Below are positions 1 through 13,485 of a DNA stretch of 64,000 nt, one piece after another. Source of the stretch: the human T2T-CHM13v2.0 reference genome, Homo sapiens. The notes beneath the pieces were generated by a model. That model saw nothing but the letters and a program-made list of their open reading frames with translations. It was not told the origin of the DNA and did not search any database. The position numbers were made by a program, and so were the translations under genes. Within the stretch, counting starts at the first letter, position 1. Every line of letters begins with the position of its first letter. Location of the stretch: the NCBI RefSeq assembly GCF_009914755.1, contig NC_060944.1; one strand, written 5' to 3'.

Positions 1-335
1 ATCTTGTCATCTAGGTGCTTTTATGAAGATTTCATTACTTAGGCATGATTAATTGAATCATTGGACATTGGTGATTAGCTCTATCTTTAGCTCCTCTCCA
101 GCTGGGGTTGGGACTGAAAGTTCCAACTCTCCAATCACAACGTTGGTTCTTCTGCCCAGTTGAGAGTCACCTCATTATCATAAACTCAAGACTGGTTGAA
201 AGGGGCTAGTTTTGAATCACAAGAGACACTCCTAAAATTCCAGTCACTTTTGTCACTCAGGACATTCCAGGGGTTTGGGAGTCTCTGTGCTGGAACCAGG
301 GACAAAGATGAAATACATGTTTCTTGTTATATCAC
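1..335. mobile_element. MER21-family LTR fragment
   Basis: The end 'ttccaggggtttgggagtctctgtgctggaaccagggacaaagatgaaatacatgtttcttgttatatcaca' resembles the MER21 terminus. Confidence 0.7.
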
Positions 336-477
336 ACCAGCCAAACTGCTTCATATTGTTCTTGGGTGTTGTCTGTCCCCACTTGCAAGAACTTAGCTCT
401 ACAGAAACAAGTCACTTTTGCCAGTTTTATTACTGGTCTCATTTAGCACCCCAAGCAGTGCCTAATACACCACAGAC

Positions 478-695
478 CAGGGGTGTCTGATCTTTTGTCT
501 TCCCTGGGCCACATTGGAAGAATTGTCTTGGGCCACACCTAAAACACACCAACACTAACGATAGCTGATGAGCTTTAAAAAAAAGCACATAAAGATCTCA
601 TAATGTTTTAAGAAAGTTTACGAATTTGTGTTGGGCGGCATTTAAAGCCATCCTGGGCTGCATGTAGACCATGGGTCGCAGGTTAGACAAGCTTG
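478..695 (+). mobile_element. MER30 hAT-Charlie DNA transposon, inserted in an L2 3' tail
   Basis: Termini caggggtgtc...gacaagcttg, with an 8-bp TSD ccacagac/ccatagac. The flanks rejoin to form an L2 tail. Confidence 0.9.
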
Positions 696-824
696 CCATA
701 GACACTCAATCAGTACTTACTGAATGAATTACTTACGTGAATTAAATTGGACATTAATTAATGCAATACTTCATGGAGGAAGACCATAGGTAGAGGCAGA
801 CATGAGTGAAAACACGCTCCATGA

Positions 825-1176
<352 letters not shown>

Positions 1177-1639
1177 CAAAGTTGTTTTCTGAAGAGCTTT
1201 CTGGTTGGATTTTTACTTTTTCATGATACTTTGTTTTACTTCTTTTTCTTGGAAAATTCTCTGAGCTTTGCCTCTGTCCTGAAAACAAATTCTCCTTTTC
1301 TTAAGTAAGGTTGAGTGGGTTTTCCATTTGTTGTAAGCCAAAATACCTTGGCAAATGTAATCCTTCTAAGCCTATTAGAGTAAAAAAAGTATGTCTGGTA
1401 CATAATAGGTGCTCAAAAATATTTGCTGAATGAATGAATGATAGCTACAAAGAGAAAGGCTTGTATTTCCTATTGGCTTCAGGGAGAAAGTTCTAACACA
1501 TTTGATTCCTGGCCATTGTAGTGCCAAAGTCAGAAATGCATTAAGCTTTCTGAAAGGAACCATCAAACTTGGCCTCTTTGAGGGCACTTAACTTCAAAGC
1601 TCCAATAGAAATATTACAACTATTAATTAAATAACTTTA

Positions 1640-1960
<321 letters not shown>

Positions 1961-1961
1961 A

Positions 1962-2279
<318 letters not shown>

Positions 2280-5200
2280 TAAGGTCAGCATCAGGGACTG
2301 AATTTTTTCTGCCTGCAGAATTGAAAACTGTGGATGCTGTTCTGTGAATCTCCTTCATCGCAGGCTTGAAAAGTTGTTCTGGGACTAAACGTTTGTTAAA
2401 TGGGGGTTAACAATGGTTCACTCTGTTCACCTCTCACCCTACTCCATGCATCTCCCAGTTCTAGCCCAACGTTTATGCCCTCCCACTGTGAGATGATGGA
2501 AGGCTGAGGGGAGAAAAGTAGTGTGGTGGAGGAGGGGAGAAAGATTGTGCTGGGGAAGTCTGGGATTGGAGAAACAGAAGGGTGTTAATGCAAAAGAAGG
2601 ATGAAGTGAGGGGCAGCTTAGCTTCAGGTAAAGATCCAACTCGGGATGTTTCTCACTTTGCCCCTTTGTTCTCAGAATCAGCGTGGTTCACTTGACAACA
2701 TAAACAGATATATGCTGATAAATGGCCCATTAGAATGCAATGAACATGAGCAGGACTTACCCTTTGAAACTGAACAGTTCCTGGAAACTCCTAACTCTGC
2801 TTTTCTGACCACAGGCTCCTCTCGAATTATCTGATTTTAGGAAAATCTATTAGCTGTGACTAACACTGAAACAGCCTATTGTATGCCTCAGGACCTGCCT
2901 TCTCTCCTGGAACCATACTGTGGGGTAGCTATGAAGATGTTGGTTGTATTTCCTTCATTATTCAATAGGAAAAACTGAGACCAAGAGGAGTTAGAGAATG
3001 TGTTTGCCCAAAGTCACACAGTAGAAGGACAGCTGGCTTTCAAACTCAGCTTTCTCTGACTATTAAAGCCAACTTAGAACATACAGCATTTCTTGAAGTT
3101 TTAATATTCTTCCTCTCCTAATTTGTTTTTTCTTTCTTGGTAACTAATTTTCACTAAGACAGTTTGCATGCTCTTGAGCTTATAGCTGAAACTGATCTAT
3201 GCCAGTCTTTCTTTAATTAAAAATCAGGCCTTAAAAGGGGGATGGAAAAGGTTGAGTTTTTGTCACTTTTTGCAGCTTGTATGTTATAGTGCTTGGCTGT
3301 GATTTGTTTTCAGCCAGAGGACAGCCCTTTGGAGAAGAACATTATTTGAGGGTGTTCCCAAGCGGGTGATGGTCACTGTCCAGTGGGAGAGCAGGCGGAA
3401 GTTCTTACCCTGCTCACATGTTAAATAATCCAAGTGGCATTGCTCTGAGCACTTGTGTTATTTATAGTGGGTCTAATTATGAGTGTCCTTGCCCTGAAAG
3501 GAAGTTGTCTTCCCCAAGGGTGGGTGACAGACTAACAAACTATTGAGCTCTAGCAGGAGAACGTGGAATCCTGTCCTCTTAGTTGGTTGAAAATCATTAA
3601 ATTACCCACCTGATTAACTAGCGGGTACAGAGGAATATTACAATATTACAGGGACAAATGGGAATATACTAATTGGGTCAAGATGAATTCCCTTTTGGAC
3701 TTGAACATTAAAATTCTTATTTTATTTTCAAATATGCATCCTTTGAACGTATTTATGCAGGGAATATGCACTGTCAGAGAAAACATCCATTGAAGTACCC
3801 TAAAGAGCAAGTAACATATGGTGCTTTTGTTAGTTTTTATTACTGCACTTTATTTCTGAATAGCTGATAATAATTGTGAGACACTTAAGGCTACAGGTAA
3901 GAAAGAATATGGAAAAATCTAGATGCAGATCTGGTCTTGAGATGTTAAAGCCTGTTACTCAACCTGTTGGAAGTTTCTTCCTCTACAATGGAGACAAGAA
4001 TAATATTAGCTGGGAGAGTTAAATAGGCTACATTGATGCAGAAGTCCAGATTTTAGGCTTTTACTAAATATTGATCATTATTCTCCATTTGAAAGTAAAC
4101 CATGTTTTACTGCCAATTTTTACGATGAAAAAATTTTTGTGGTTTTGCAAAGGTAATTTAGGCAATCCTTTGATCTCCGCTGAAATGATAGAGGGATTTG
4201 TTAGAAGTTGTATTCAGGCCTTCTAATGCTTCCCATTTGCTGATTCAATGTATTTGGAAGATTTGCCTACAGATTCGGGGCCAAACATTGAGACACAAAT
4301 AGACTTTTTGTTTTAAATTTGTGCACTTGAGTGTGATATTTTTTCATGCCAGCTTCCAGTGACAGGCTGCATAGTTTATTTTCTGTGGCAACCACTTTCC
4401 CTCACTAAGTTTTACTCTTTAAGTCTAGCTGCCTCTCCCATTAAGGTTCACCCTTCTCTGATCTCTGGCCCAGAAGCCTGCGTGAAAGTAAACCAAGATT
4501 TTTCTTTTTTTTTTTTTTTAACTATTTCCTGCATTCCTCTCTTTTAGGTTTGATGAGGTCAGATTTCAGAATTGCCAAGCTGTTTCTTCCTTCCTCTATT
4601 CATAATGTTGGATAAAGACAGGCTGTTTAAAGAGCACTTTCAGTCTGAGGGGTGTCTTTTCTGTGCATTGTGAAGGGTGAGGCCCCAAAGCTGGGACGAC
4701 GACGGCATGGCGCCAGGATACATGGAGTTTTAGCTAGTGAATATTCAGGAAAGAAATGTATTTGTGTCCTTTGATCCAGAGCTGGCTACCCAGGGTGCTG
4801 GCTGGCAAGTGAAAGGAAACATGGAAGCTGACAAGTCTGATGTTAAAGAACATTAGGAGTTGTGATTGTCTTCTTAGGACCCAAACTGAACTTTCTTGCT
4901 GCAGACTCTTGGTTTGCTTATGAACCAAGTGAGTACTTGGCAGAAACCAAGTATATGGGATTTTTAAAAACCCCAAAATTTAAGAACACAAAGAAGATGT
5001 CCAATTTCTAGAAGTTCCCTAGAGCCATGTAATTAAACTGTGTGTTTTTTTCAGAAATACCTGGAACACCTCCATTTTCCAATAATAGGTATCTCTTTAT
5101 ATACATGGCTGTGTCTGAACTCCCGGAGAAAAGAGTAGGGCTGTCTGTTTTCGAAAAGCAGTCTTTTTTTCCCTTTCTGAATACCAGAGAAAGAAAAGTG

Positions 5201-6209
5201 CAATTTCTTATTCAGAGGTGGAGATGCTTTAAGATCAATTGCTTAACTAGAAGGAGGTAATATCTATGAAACAATGAGGTTATAGTTATTATAGTCCATG
5301 TTACATATTGAGGTACAATTTTCCTGGTTTATTGTTGTTGTTTAATTTTACTGGGAAGTGGTTCAAAATAGTTGAGGTTTCTGTAGAGGTCTGATAAGGA
5401 TACTGAGATAATTGTAGTTTTAGAGGAAAGAACAATTCACGAAAGTTATTTCCTTAATATTTCTGTCTAAAATTAAAAGCTTGAGCAACTTGCCTGAAAA
5501 CATGGATTTTGAATGATATATGGGGTCTGTTTGACCCATATAATTGCAATTCTAATTCCAATGGCAAATTTCAGGATCTTTCGTTCAGAATTCACCTTCT
5601 GTTTGAGAATGGCCATTTTAAAAGTTTTTTTTAAATTCAATTTTTTTCCTCTACAATTAATAGCTATTTTATGGTTTGACTAATGGAGATACATTTCAAG
5701 CGTACATTCATGTGCTTAGGATTTTATGAAGCTTCCTTACACTTGCAATTCCCTGGCTGTTACCAGGAAACAGCCCTCAGCTCGCTGCTTTCACAGAACC
5801 ATATATTGTTATGGCATCCACAGCTAAATTCAAATCGAAGAGCAAACCTCTCAGGTTTGTGTGCTATTAGGTGATACATGCTTCAGTTCCCACTATGAGG
5901 GAGGTCAACCCCAGAGAGCTTTTTGTTATTTCCCCAAAATGGAAGCTGGGAAACAAAGTTGCTTCCCTAAGAATAAAGTAAAACTTACTTCCCTGGGAAG
6001 GTGGAAGTGAGTAGAAATGGATTTGAGAAAGAAAGAACATTTTAAACAAGAATTCAACAAAGTGGCAAAGGAATACAGGGAACCAGTTTGTGTCCACCAG
6101 TAAGATTTAAGGTTGGTGTATCCTTGCAGTGGAAAGCTGTGTATGCATTAGAAAAAAATAGTTAGGGCTATGGATATTAAGTGGAAAGTTGCCTTTGATT
6201 TGCTTTCTA

Positions 6210-6594
<385 letters not shown>

Positions 6595-6629
6595 CTCATA
6601 CATGTATAGATAAATAGGAAGATAGAATT

Positions 6630-7090
6630 ATATCTCTATGGGAATTAGCTTTGGCTGCAGATACCCTCAAACTCAGAATAATAGTAGCTTATTAAGGTCG
6701 TTTAGTTTTCTTTCATGGGAAAGAAGTTAAAGTTAGTATCGTAGTTCCATGGTCAACAGGAAACCTGGTATCTTTCATGTGTCTGCTCCACCATTCTTGT
6801 ATACGGCTTCCCACCTAGAGGTTACCTCATGGTCCAAGATGGCTGTTGAAGCTCCACGCATCATGTATCTTCATGACCAGAAAAAGGAGGGATGGAAGAA
6901 GAGTAAACTAATTTTGTCCCTTCTCATTTTAAAAAAGCCTTCTTGGAAAGCTCACACAAAACTTCTTATATCTCCTTGGCCAATATTTGGTCACTTGGCT
7001 TTACCTGGAAGAATAGAAAATACAGTCCCTCAGCTGGCACATTGCCGAGGGTTTTGTACTGCCAAATAAAAAGAGAATGACTGCTGGGAG
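6630..7090 (-). mobile_element. Old MaLR LTR (MLT1K/L-like)
   Basis: Motifs 'cctcatggtccaagatggctg' and 'ttggccaatatttggtcacttggc'. Confidence 0.6.
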
Positions 7091-7904
7091 GCAGCTTTTT
7101 GGAACTGCTGCAAGTGGCTTCCTTTGGTCACTAGAAGTGGAGATGAAGAGCGGGAACCCTTCCATTTTCTTCTTTATATACTTTTGTACTGTTGTATTTT
7201 AAAATAATGAGTTAAAAAAAAAGCAGAGGGATGCATATTTTAAAGAAGAAATGAAAACCTAAGTGGAGTTGTGGTAAGTCATCAGTCCAAGATTAGCGAC
7301 ATGATAGAAAAGATGATTCTCTATCTTGCTTGGACCTACTCTTTGATGTTAAAGCATCTTTGCATCTTTGAATGGATCACCTCCTGCATGACTGTTCTCT
7401 GGGTCCTGAGCAGGGAGAGACAACCAGGTGCATACACAATTTGGATTTCATGGTCTTTTTATCTCTACTAAAACTATTTGCAGAGATACAGTTCTAATGA
7501 CAAATGCTAATTATTGGCTGTCACTTAGCCTTCTAATGATTAAATGCAAAGGCATTAGGGTGTTAAGGAAGATAGACATAATTATAATAATAAGACTAAA
7601 ATATATGGAATGCTTTCTTGAAGTAGTATATTCCATTGAACAATAATTGCTCTTCAATTGCAGTTTTAATATTCTAAACCTCAACTTCTCACCTTGAAAT
7701 ACTACTACTAATAATAGTTCCTTTATAAATCATGGAATTGTTATAAGAGTTAAAGAAGATAATGCTGATTAGGTGACAGGCTGTCCCTTAATAAATGCTC
7801 AATAAATGCAAGATGAGGATGATTTTATTGTTGGCATAGCATGTGCCAGGCATTCTGTAATTATTTTGAATTTTACCCCCAACAACAAGTTTATAAGGGT
7901 GACT

Positions 7905-8352
7905 TTAAAAAAAAAACAGCATTATTGGGATATAATTCATATACCATAAGATTCATCCTTTTAAAGTGTATAATTCAGTATTTTTAGCATATTTACACTG
8001 TTGTGTAACCATCATCACAATGTAAATTTAGAACGTTTTCATCATTCCATAGAGAATTCCCGTATCCATTAACAGTAGTCACTTCTCATTTTCCCTTCCA
8101 TCAATTTCTGAAAACCACAAATCCACTTTCTGTTTTCATGCATTGGCTTCTTTTGGAAATGTTGTATAAGTGAAATCCTACAATACATGGTCTTTTGTGT
8201 CTGGCTTCTTTCACTTAGTACATTGTTTTTGAAGTTTCATCTATGTTGTAGCATGCATTAGTACTGCATTCCTTTTTAAGGCTAAATGATATTCCATTGT
8301 GTGGATAGACCACATTTTGTTTATCTATTCATCCATTTATACATTTGGGTTT
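7905..8352 (-). mobile_element. L1MB-type 3' end fragment
   Basis: 'gatataattcatataccata...ttttaaagtgtataattcagt...ctggcttctttcacttag'. Confidence 0.8.
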
Positions 8353-8655
8353 GTTAAATTAAGTTTAGCCTACAACTGTCTCTTTTTATATATTTTAAGT
8401 TTAGCCTAAAGGTTTTTTGTCAACTGTAGTTTACTCTTGTGTCAATTACTGAATTTTGGCTAATCAAAGATGACCAACTGTTTAAATCATGCACAAGTGC
8501 CATGGTGTGACCAATTTGGCTATTTCTGTATCTCACTTTTGTTTCTTTGTCCTTTATTTGGTGTGTGTCTATAAATCCTTTTTTACTATGTGGCTATGCT
8601 AAAGTCTCTGTAAGCCTATTCTGGCTTGAGAGTCTGCCCTATTACTCATTATTTA
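8353..8655 (+). mobile_element. MER57-family ERV1 LTR (3' truncated)
   Basis: Starts tgttaaattaagtttagccta...tattttaagtttagcctaaaggttt. Confidence 0.8.
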
Positions 8656-8659
8656 TTTG

Positions 8660-9184
8660 ACATATTTTGAGATGGCTGTTCAGGGGGCCAGCAGACAGAA
8701 GCAACCTGCAAAGCTGTTTTCTATGGGCGAGATTTGCATCTGTAGAGAGTCTACATTGAGGCAGCCAACCCTACCCTTGTCTTGATCTACGGAAGATTAA
8801 CTGAGAGTCTGACACCTTTAAAGAAGAAACATTTACTATCTCTTCTCTCTGAGGGCTGCTACCTGTTTGATTTCATTTACACAAGACCACCTTTGCTAAC
8901 CAAGCCTCCTCTTCTCTACTTCCCATGACCTGTCTTGCCAGTCTAACCTGGTTTATCAGCCTAGCCTAATTTGGGCCATCCTGAGCCCTCATTCTTTCTG
9001 TAACCTCAAGATGGTTTATAAGCTTCTGCACCCCATCGGGTAGTTGGGGTATTCACTCTGTGGTTCTCTCCCATGTGCACGTTAATAAATTTGTATGCCT
9101 TTTCCCCTATTAATCTGTCTTTTTTGAGTTGATTTTTTAAGACAGCCTTTAGAGGGTGAAGGGAAGCTTCCTTTCACCCCTGCA
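8660..9184 (+). mobile_element. MER39-family ERV1 LTR
   Basis: 'catattttgagatggctgttcag...gattaactgagagtctgacaccttta'. TATA-like sequence at ~9015, AATAAA at 9084-9089, ends cccctgca. Confidence 0.75.
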
Positions 9185-10129
9185 ATACCCTGTACACCCA
9201 TTATTTCCCAAATGTAAGAATATATATGACCCACATAAGAATATAAGAATAAAGGGGTAAGCTAAGTTCCTGTGAGCGGAATTGCAGGATCAGAAGATGT
9301 GTATATTATGAGGAACACTCTTGTCAAGTTGCCCTTCCATGGAGACTGTCTGAACCACACTCCTATGTGTTATGAAGAGCTTGAGGCAATATTTCTGTCT
9401 GGACCAATTATAAAGAATAGTTGTGACTTTCCTCAGTAATTGGTTTGTTTTTGTCTTATGGAGAATGTTATTCACAACTTACCAAGCTTGGATTATGTTG
9501 CTTGCTTAGAGCCTTTGTGGTCCATCATGAATGTCTGTGAAACTATATTCTGAACGTTTGTTAGTGTCACTCCACTTTCATATATTATGTGGTATTGGAA
9601 AAGCCTTTCACTGGAGCTTAAAATTCTCACTCAGGTGAATCTTGAGTCAATTTCAATTTTAGTCATAGAACCCCAGAGCTCCAAAAGACTAAAGCGTCAA
9701 GAACCTAGTTTATAGCCAGGGAAGTCTTTCAATTTTGAGTGAGTTTGGGTAAAATTCACTATAGATAGAACACCTAAGGATAAATTGATATTATAGAGGA
9801 AATAAATCACCAGCTTCTCTCATTTTATAACAAATCAGAGTAAGAATGCCATTCCAGGGCTTTGCAATATTCAGCAACCTCCTACAAGCTTCTTTTTGTC
9901 TTTGGATACAAGGAAGATAGAAGTTGAGTCTCTTGCCTCCACGTATTACTATTGGAGACAAAGTCTTGGGGAAGTCAGGTTCCAATTAGTTTCTAGGGGA
10001 AAGGCTCTCACTTTCTTCATATCCTTTGAAAAAGCAATCCAGTAAAACTTTACAAAGTTTCCAAGAAAGCGCAAAGAAAGATTTATGTGAATGCCACTGG
10101 CTCTACTGATGTTATGTATTCTTTAAGTT

Positions 10130-10930
10130 GGGCATTCATTTATTTCTTCATTTTACTTGGAAACTGTTTTGTTTTGTGCTCACCATGACCCAATTACTAT
10201 AATTTGAGCAGTGCATAAAGCAGGCTCTGCCCCTCATAGAATTTACAGTCTAAAGAGAGATAATTATACAAACAATTACTTTAAGTGTAGTTTGTTTATG
10301 ATGGAGAAAGGTCATGTGTTCTGAGTGTGGATGAGAGGGGCCTCTCATGTAATTGATTTATGCAGCAAGCATTTGTTGAATACCTACAGTATGGTGATCC
10401 CTGTGCTAGAGCTGGGGATACAGTAATGAAGGCTATAGACAAATACCCTCCACCTCTGGAAGTTGGAGTCTAGTAAGAGCATCTCTCATTTATTAAACAC
10501 TTATATTCCAGGCCTTGTTCTAAGGTGATTTAAATGTAGTAACTCATTTGACCCTCTCGACAACCCAGTGTGGTAGATACGATTACAATTATCTCATGAA
10601 GGACAGAGAGGTTAAACAACCTGCCCAAGGCCACACTGCATGTACATTTTGGAATTAACCTGCTCGTGGGCAGGTGGGCTCCTGAGGTTGTGTTCTTGAC
10701 TTTAATTGTATATGCTTCTCCCTATTCTGTGTTTATAGAGAAGAAGGCATTAGGAGAGGTTTCCTAGAACAAGTAACATGATACATAAAAGATAAGTAGC
10801 CAAGTGGAAGGGTGTGGAATGGGAAGATTGTTCCACATAGATGCATTGCGCCCAGGTGCAAGAAAGAAGGTGGGGAAGGTGGCAATAGTTTCAGGAAAGA
10901 AAGGAGCCTGGTGTGTGGGAGGCTGGAGGT
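10130..10930 (-). mobile_element. Cluster of L2 fragments with a MIR (~10480-10720)
   Basis: L2 tail motifs (catttgttgaatacctac...ggggatacagtaatgaa) and a MIR core (gaggttaaacaacctgcccaaggccacac). Confidence 0.6.
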
Positions 10931-11479
10931 GGGTATATCTTCACAGCTTGGCACAAGTCTTGTAGGTTGCCTGCAGACTCAAGACTTTATGTGCCGGGAC
11001 TGCTGCTGTTCTCAGCCTCTGTTTTGTTTCTTTTCATACTGAGTGATCTTCACCGTGTCACTTTTGCTCTTGTTTTCTATGTCTGCCTGCTGGCAGTGAC
11101 TTTGCTAGCCAGGATCAAGTTTGGGCAAGATACCAGGAGGCTCAGAGACCTGCGATCTAAGTGGCATTTCCTCAGGCCTTGTCCTGACCTCCTGGCCCAG
11201 AGCTAATTGTGCTACCTAAGTTTGAAAATGCTTTAAAATTTCAAGTATATCCTCCTGGGACAACTGGTATGTCTTGGCTTGATAAACAAGTTGATATCTA
11301 TGTCTATCTGATCCTAAGGCATTTGCCACTCTAATTTGTCATCTTGTTGGTTTCCAACGTGACAAGTACTTTGGTTGTACATTGCCTCATCCAGTAGACC
11401 AAATTCTGATTAATTATTCCTTTTAAATCTGGGATAATGGCTTTAATTTTGAGAATCCTCTTCTTTGCCTAATGCCTTC

Positions 11480-11690
11480 CTTTTCTCAACTTCAACACCA
11501 TTGACATTTTTGTTGCAGAAAATTCTTTGGTGGGGGCTGTTTTGTGCGTTGTAGGATATTTGCCTGCATCCCTGGTCCCTACCCATGAGATGCCATTAGA
11601 AACCCCTCTCAGTTGTGATGACCAAAAGCTTCTCCAGACATTGTCAAATGTCCACTGGGGGACACCATCACTCCTAGTTGAGAGCTATTG
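11480..11690 (-). mobile_element. MER20 DNA transposon
   Basis: Reverse of the MER20 consensus (ctccagacattgtcaaatgtcc...gttgagagctattg). Confidence 0.8.
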
Positions 11691-12549
11691 CTGTAAGCGT
11701 AAAGGAATAGTATTCTTCACCTATAGTCCTGTGTCATTGCTATATGGATTGTGTTTATGAACTGGATGATGTATTATAAGAGGCCATTTCACAGCATTTC
11801 AATAATTTGAAATTTAAACATTTTTTTCTAACCTATTGTAGTTAAATTAATACAAATAATAAAATAATAAAACATCCAATTAACAAAAGAATGCATAATA
11901 ATAAAATAATAGCTAACCTTATTAAGCACTAAGTATTGGGTACCTTATACACATAGCTGTAAGTTCTGCACTACCATTATCATCATTAACAGATGGAAAA
12001 ACTGAAGCTCAAAAGGGTAAGTTATTTACTCAAAGCAGAATGACAGTATTTTTTTTACTTTAATTCTATCTCAAGCTTCTCATATTTAGAGCTTAAGCTG
12101 AACCTCTCTTAATATTAAATTTGTGATATAATAAACAATATTTTTATTTCTGATTTTGTTTATTATTTGCTTGATGCCAGAAGATAAATTACTGCTTTTT
12201 CTAGGAGGACAATTATATTTTTGATTAATATTGTAATTTTAGAGAAAGTGGATTCCCAAAATGCTGATCATTTTTTTCAGCTAGCAGTATTTATAGACAG
12301 CAACCATACTATAACTTATTTGATAATTATCTAATTTTTGACTATTTTTCTAGTGGATTATTAAAGTATTACTTTATTGTCAGGAGTAAATTCCTGAAGA
12401 ATGAATTCAAAAAGAAAATAGCCAGTATGGCTGGACTACCCATTATAAAACATGGATGGTGGTAAAGATTCGTTTTTGATCAAACCTTGGGAATTTGAGC
12501 TCAGGGTGCAAAGCAGGGCTTAGGAGAGAGATGAAATTGATTTCAAATC

Positions 12550-12844
12550 TTTTTTGCTTCTTTTTTTGAGACAGGGTCTCACTCTGTTGCCCAGGCGGGA
12601 GTGCAGTGGTGCAATCATGGCTCACTGCAGCCTTGATCCCTCTGGGCTCAGGTGATCCTCCCACTTCAGCCTCCAGAGTAGCTGAGACTACAGGCGCACG
12701 CCACCATGCCCAGATAATTTTTGTGTTTTATTGTAGAGATGGGGTTTTGCCCTGTTGTCCAGGCTGGTCTTGAATTCCTGGGCCCAAGTGATCTGCCTGC
12801 CTCAGCCTCCCAAGTCCTGAGATTACTGGCATGTGCCACTGCCA
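12550..12844 (-). mobile_element. AluJ
   Basis: J-type positions (gagacagggtctc, tcatggctcactgcagcc). Followed by a MIR to ~13040. Confidence 0.92.
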
Positions 12845-13080
12845 CATTTCAAATGTGACTCCATAATGTATTAGCTGTGTTACCTTGATCACATTGCTTA
12901 AGTGTCTGAGTCCTAGTTGTTTAATTTGTATAAACTGGACATTAACAGGTCTTAGCTCACACAGTTTGGGTGACATTTAAGTGAAAGCATACACGTGAAA
13001 TACTTAGTTGAATACCTGTCAACTAAGCAGTGAAGATCTGTGAGGAGGAGGATGATGATATATTACAAATAGTGTGCTGA

Positions 13081-13485
<405 letters not shown>

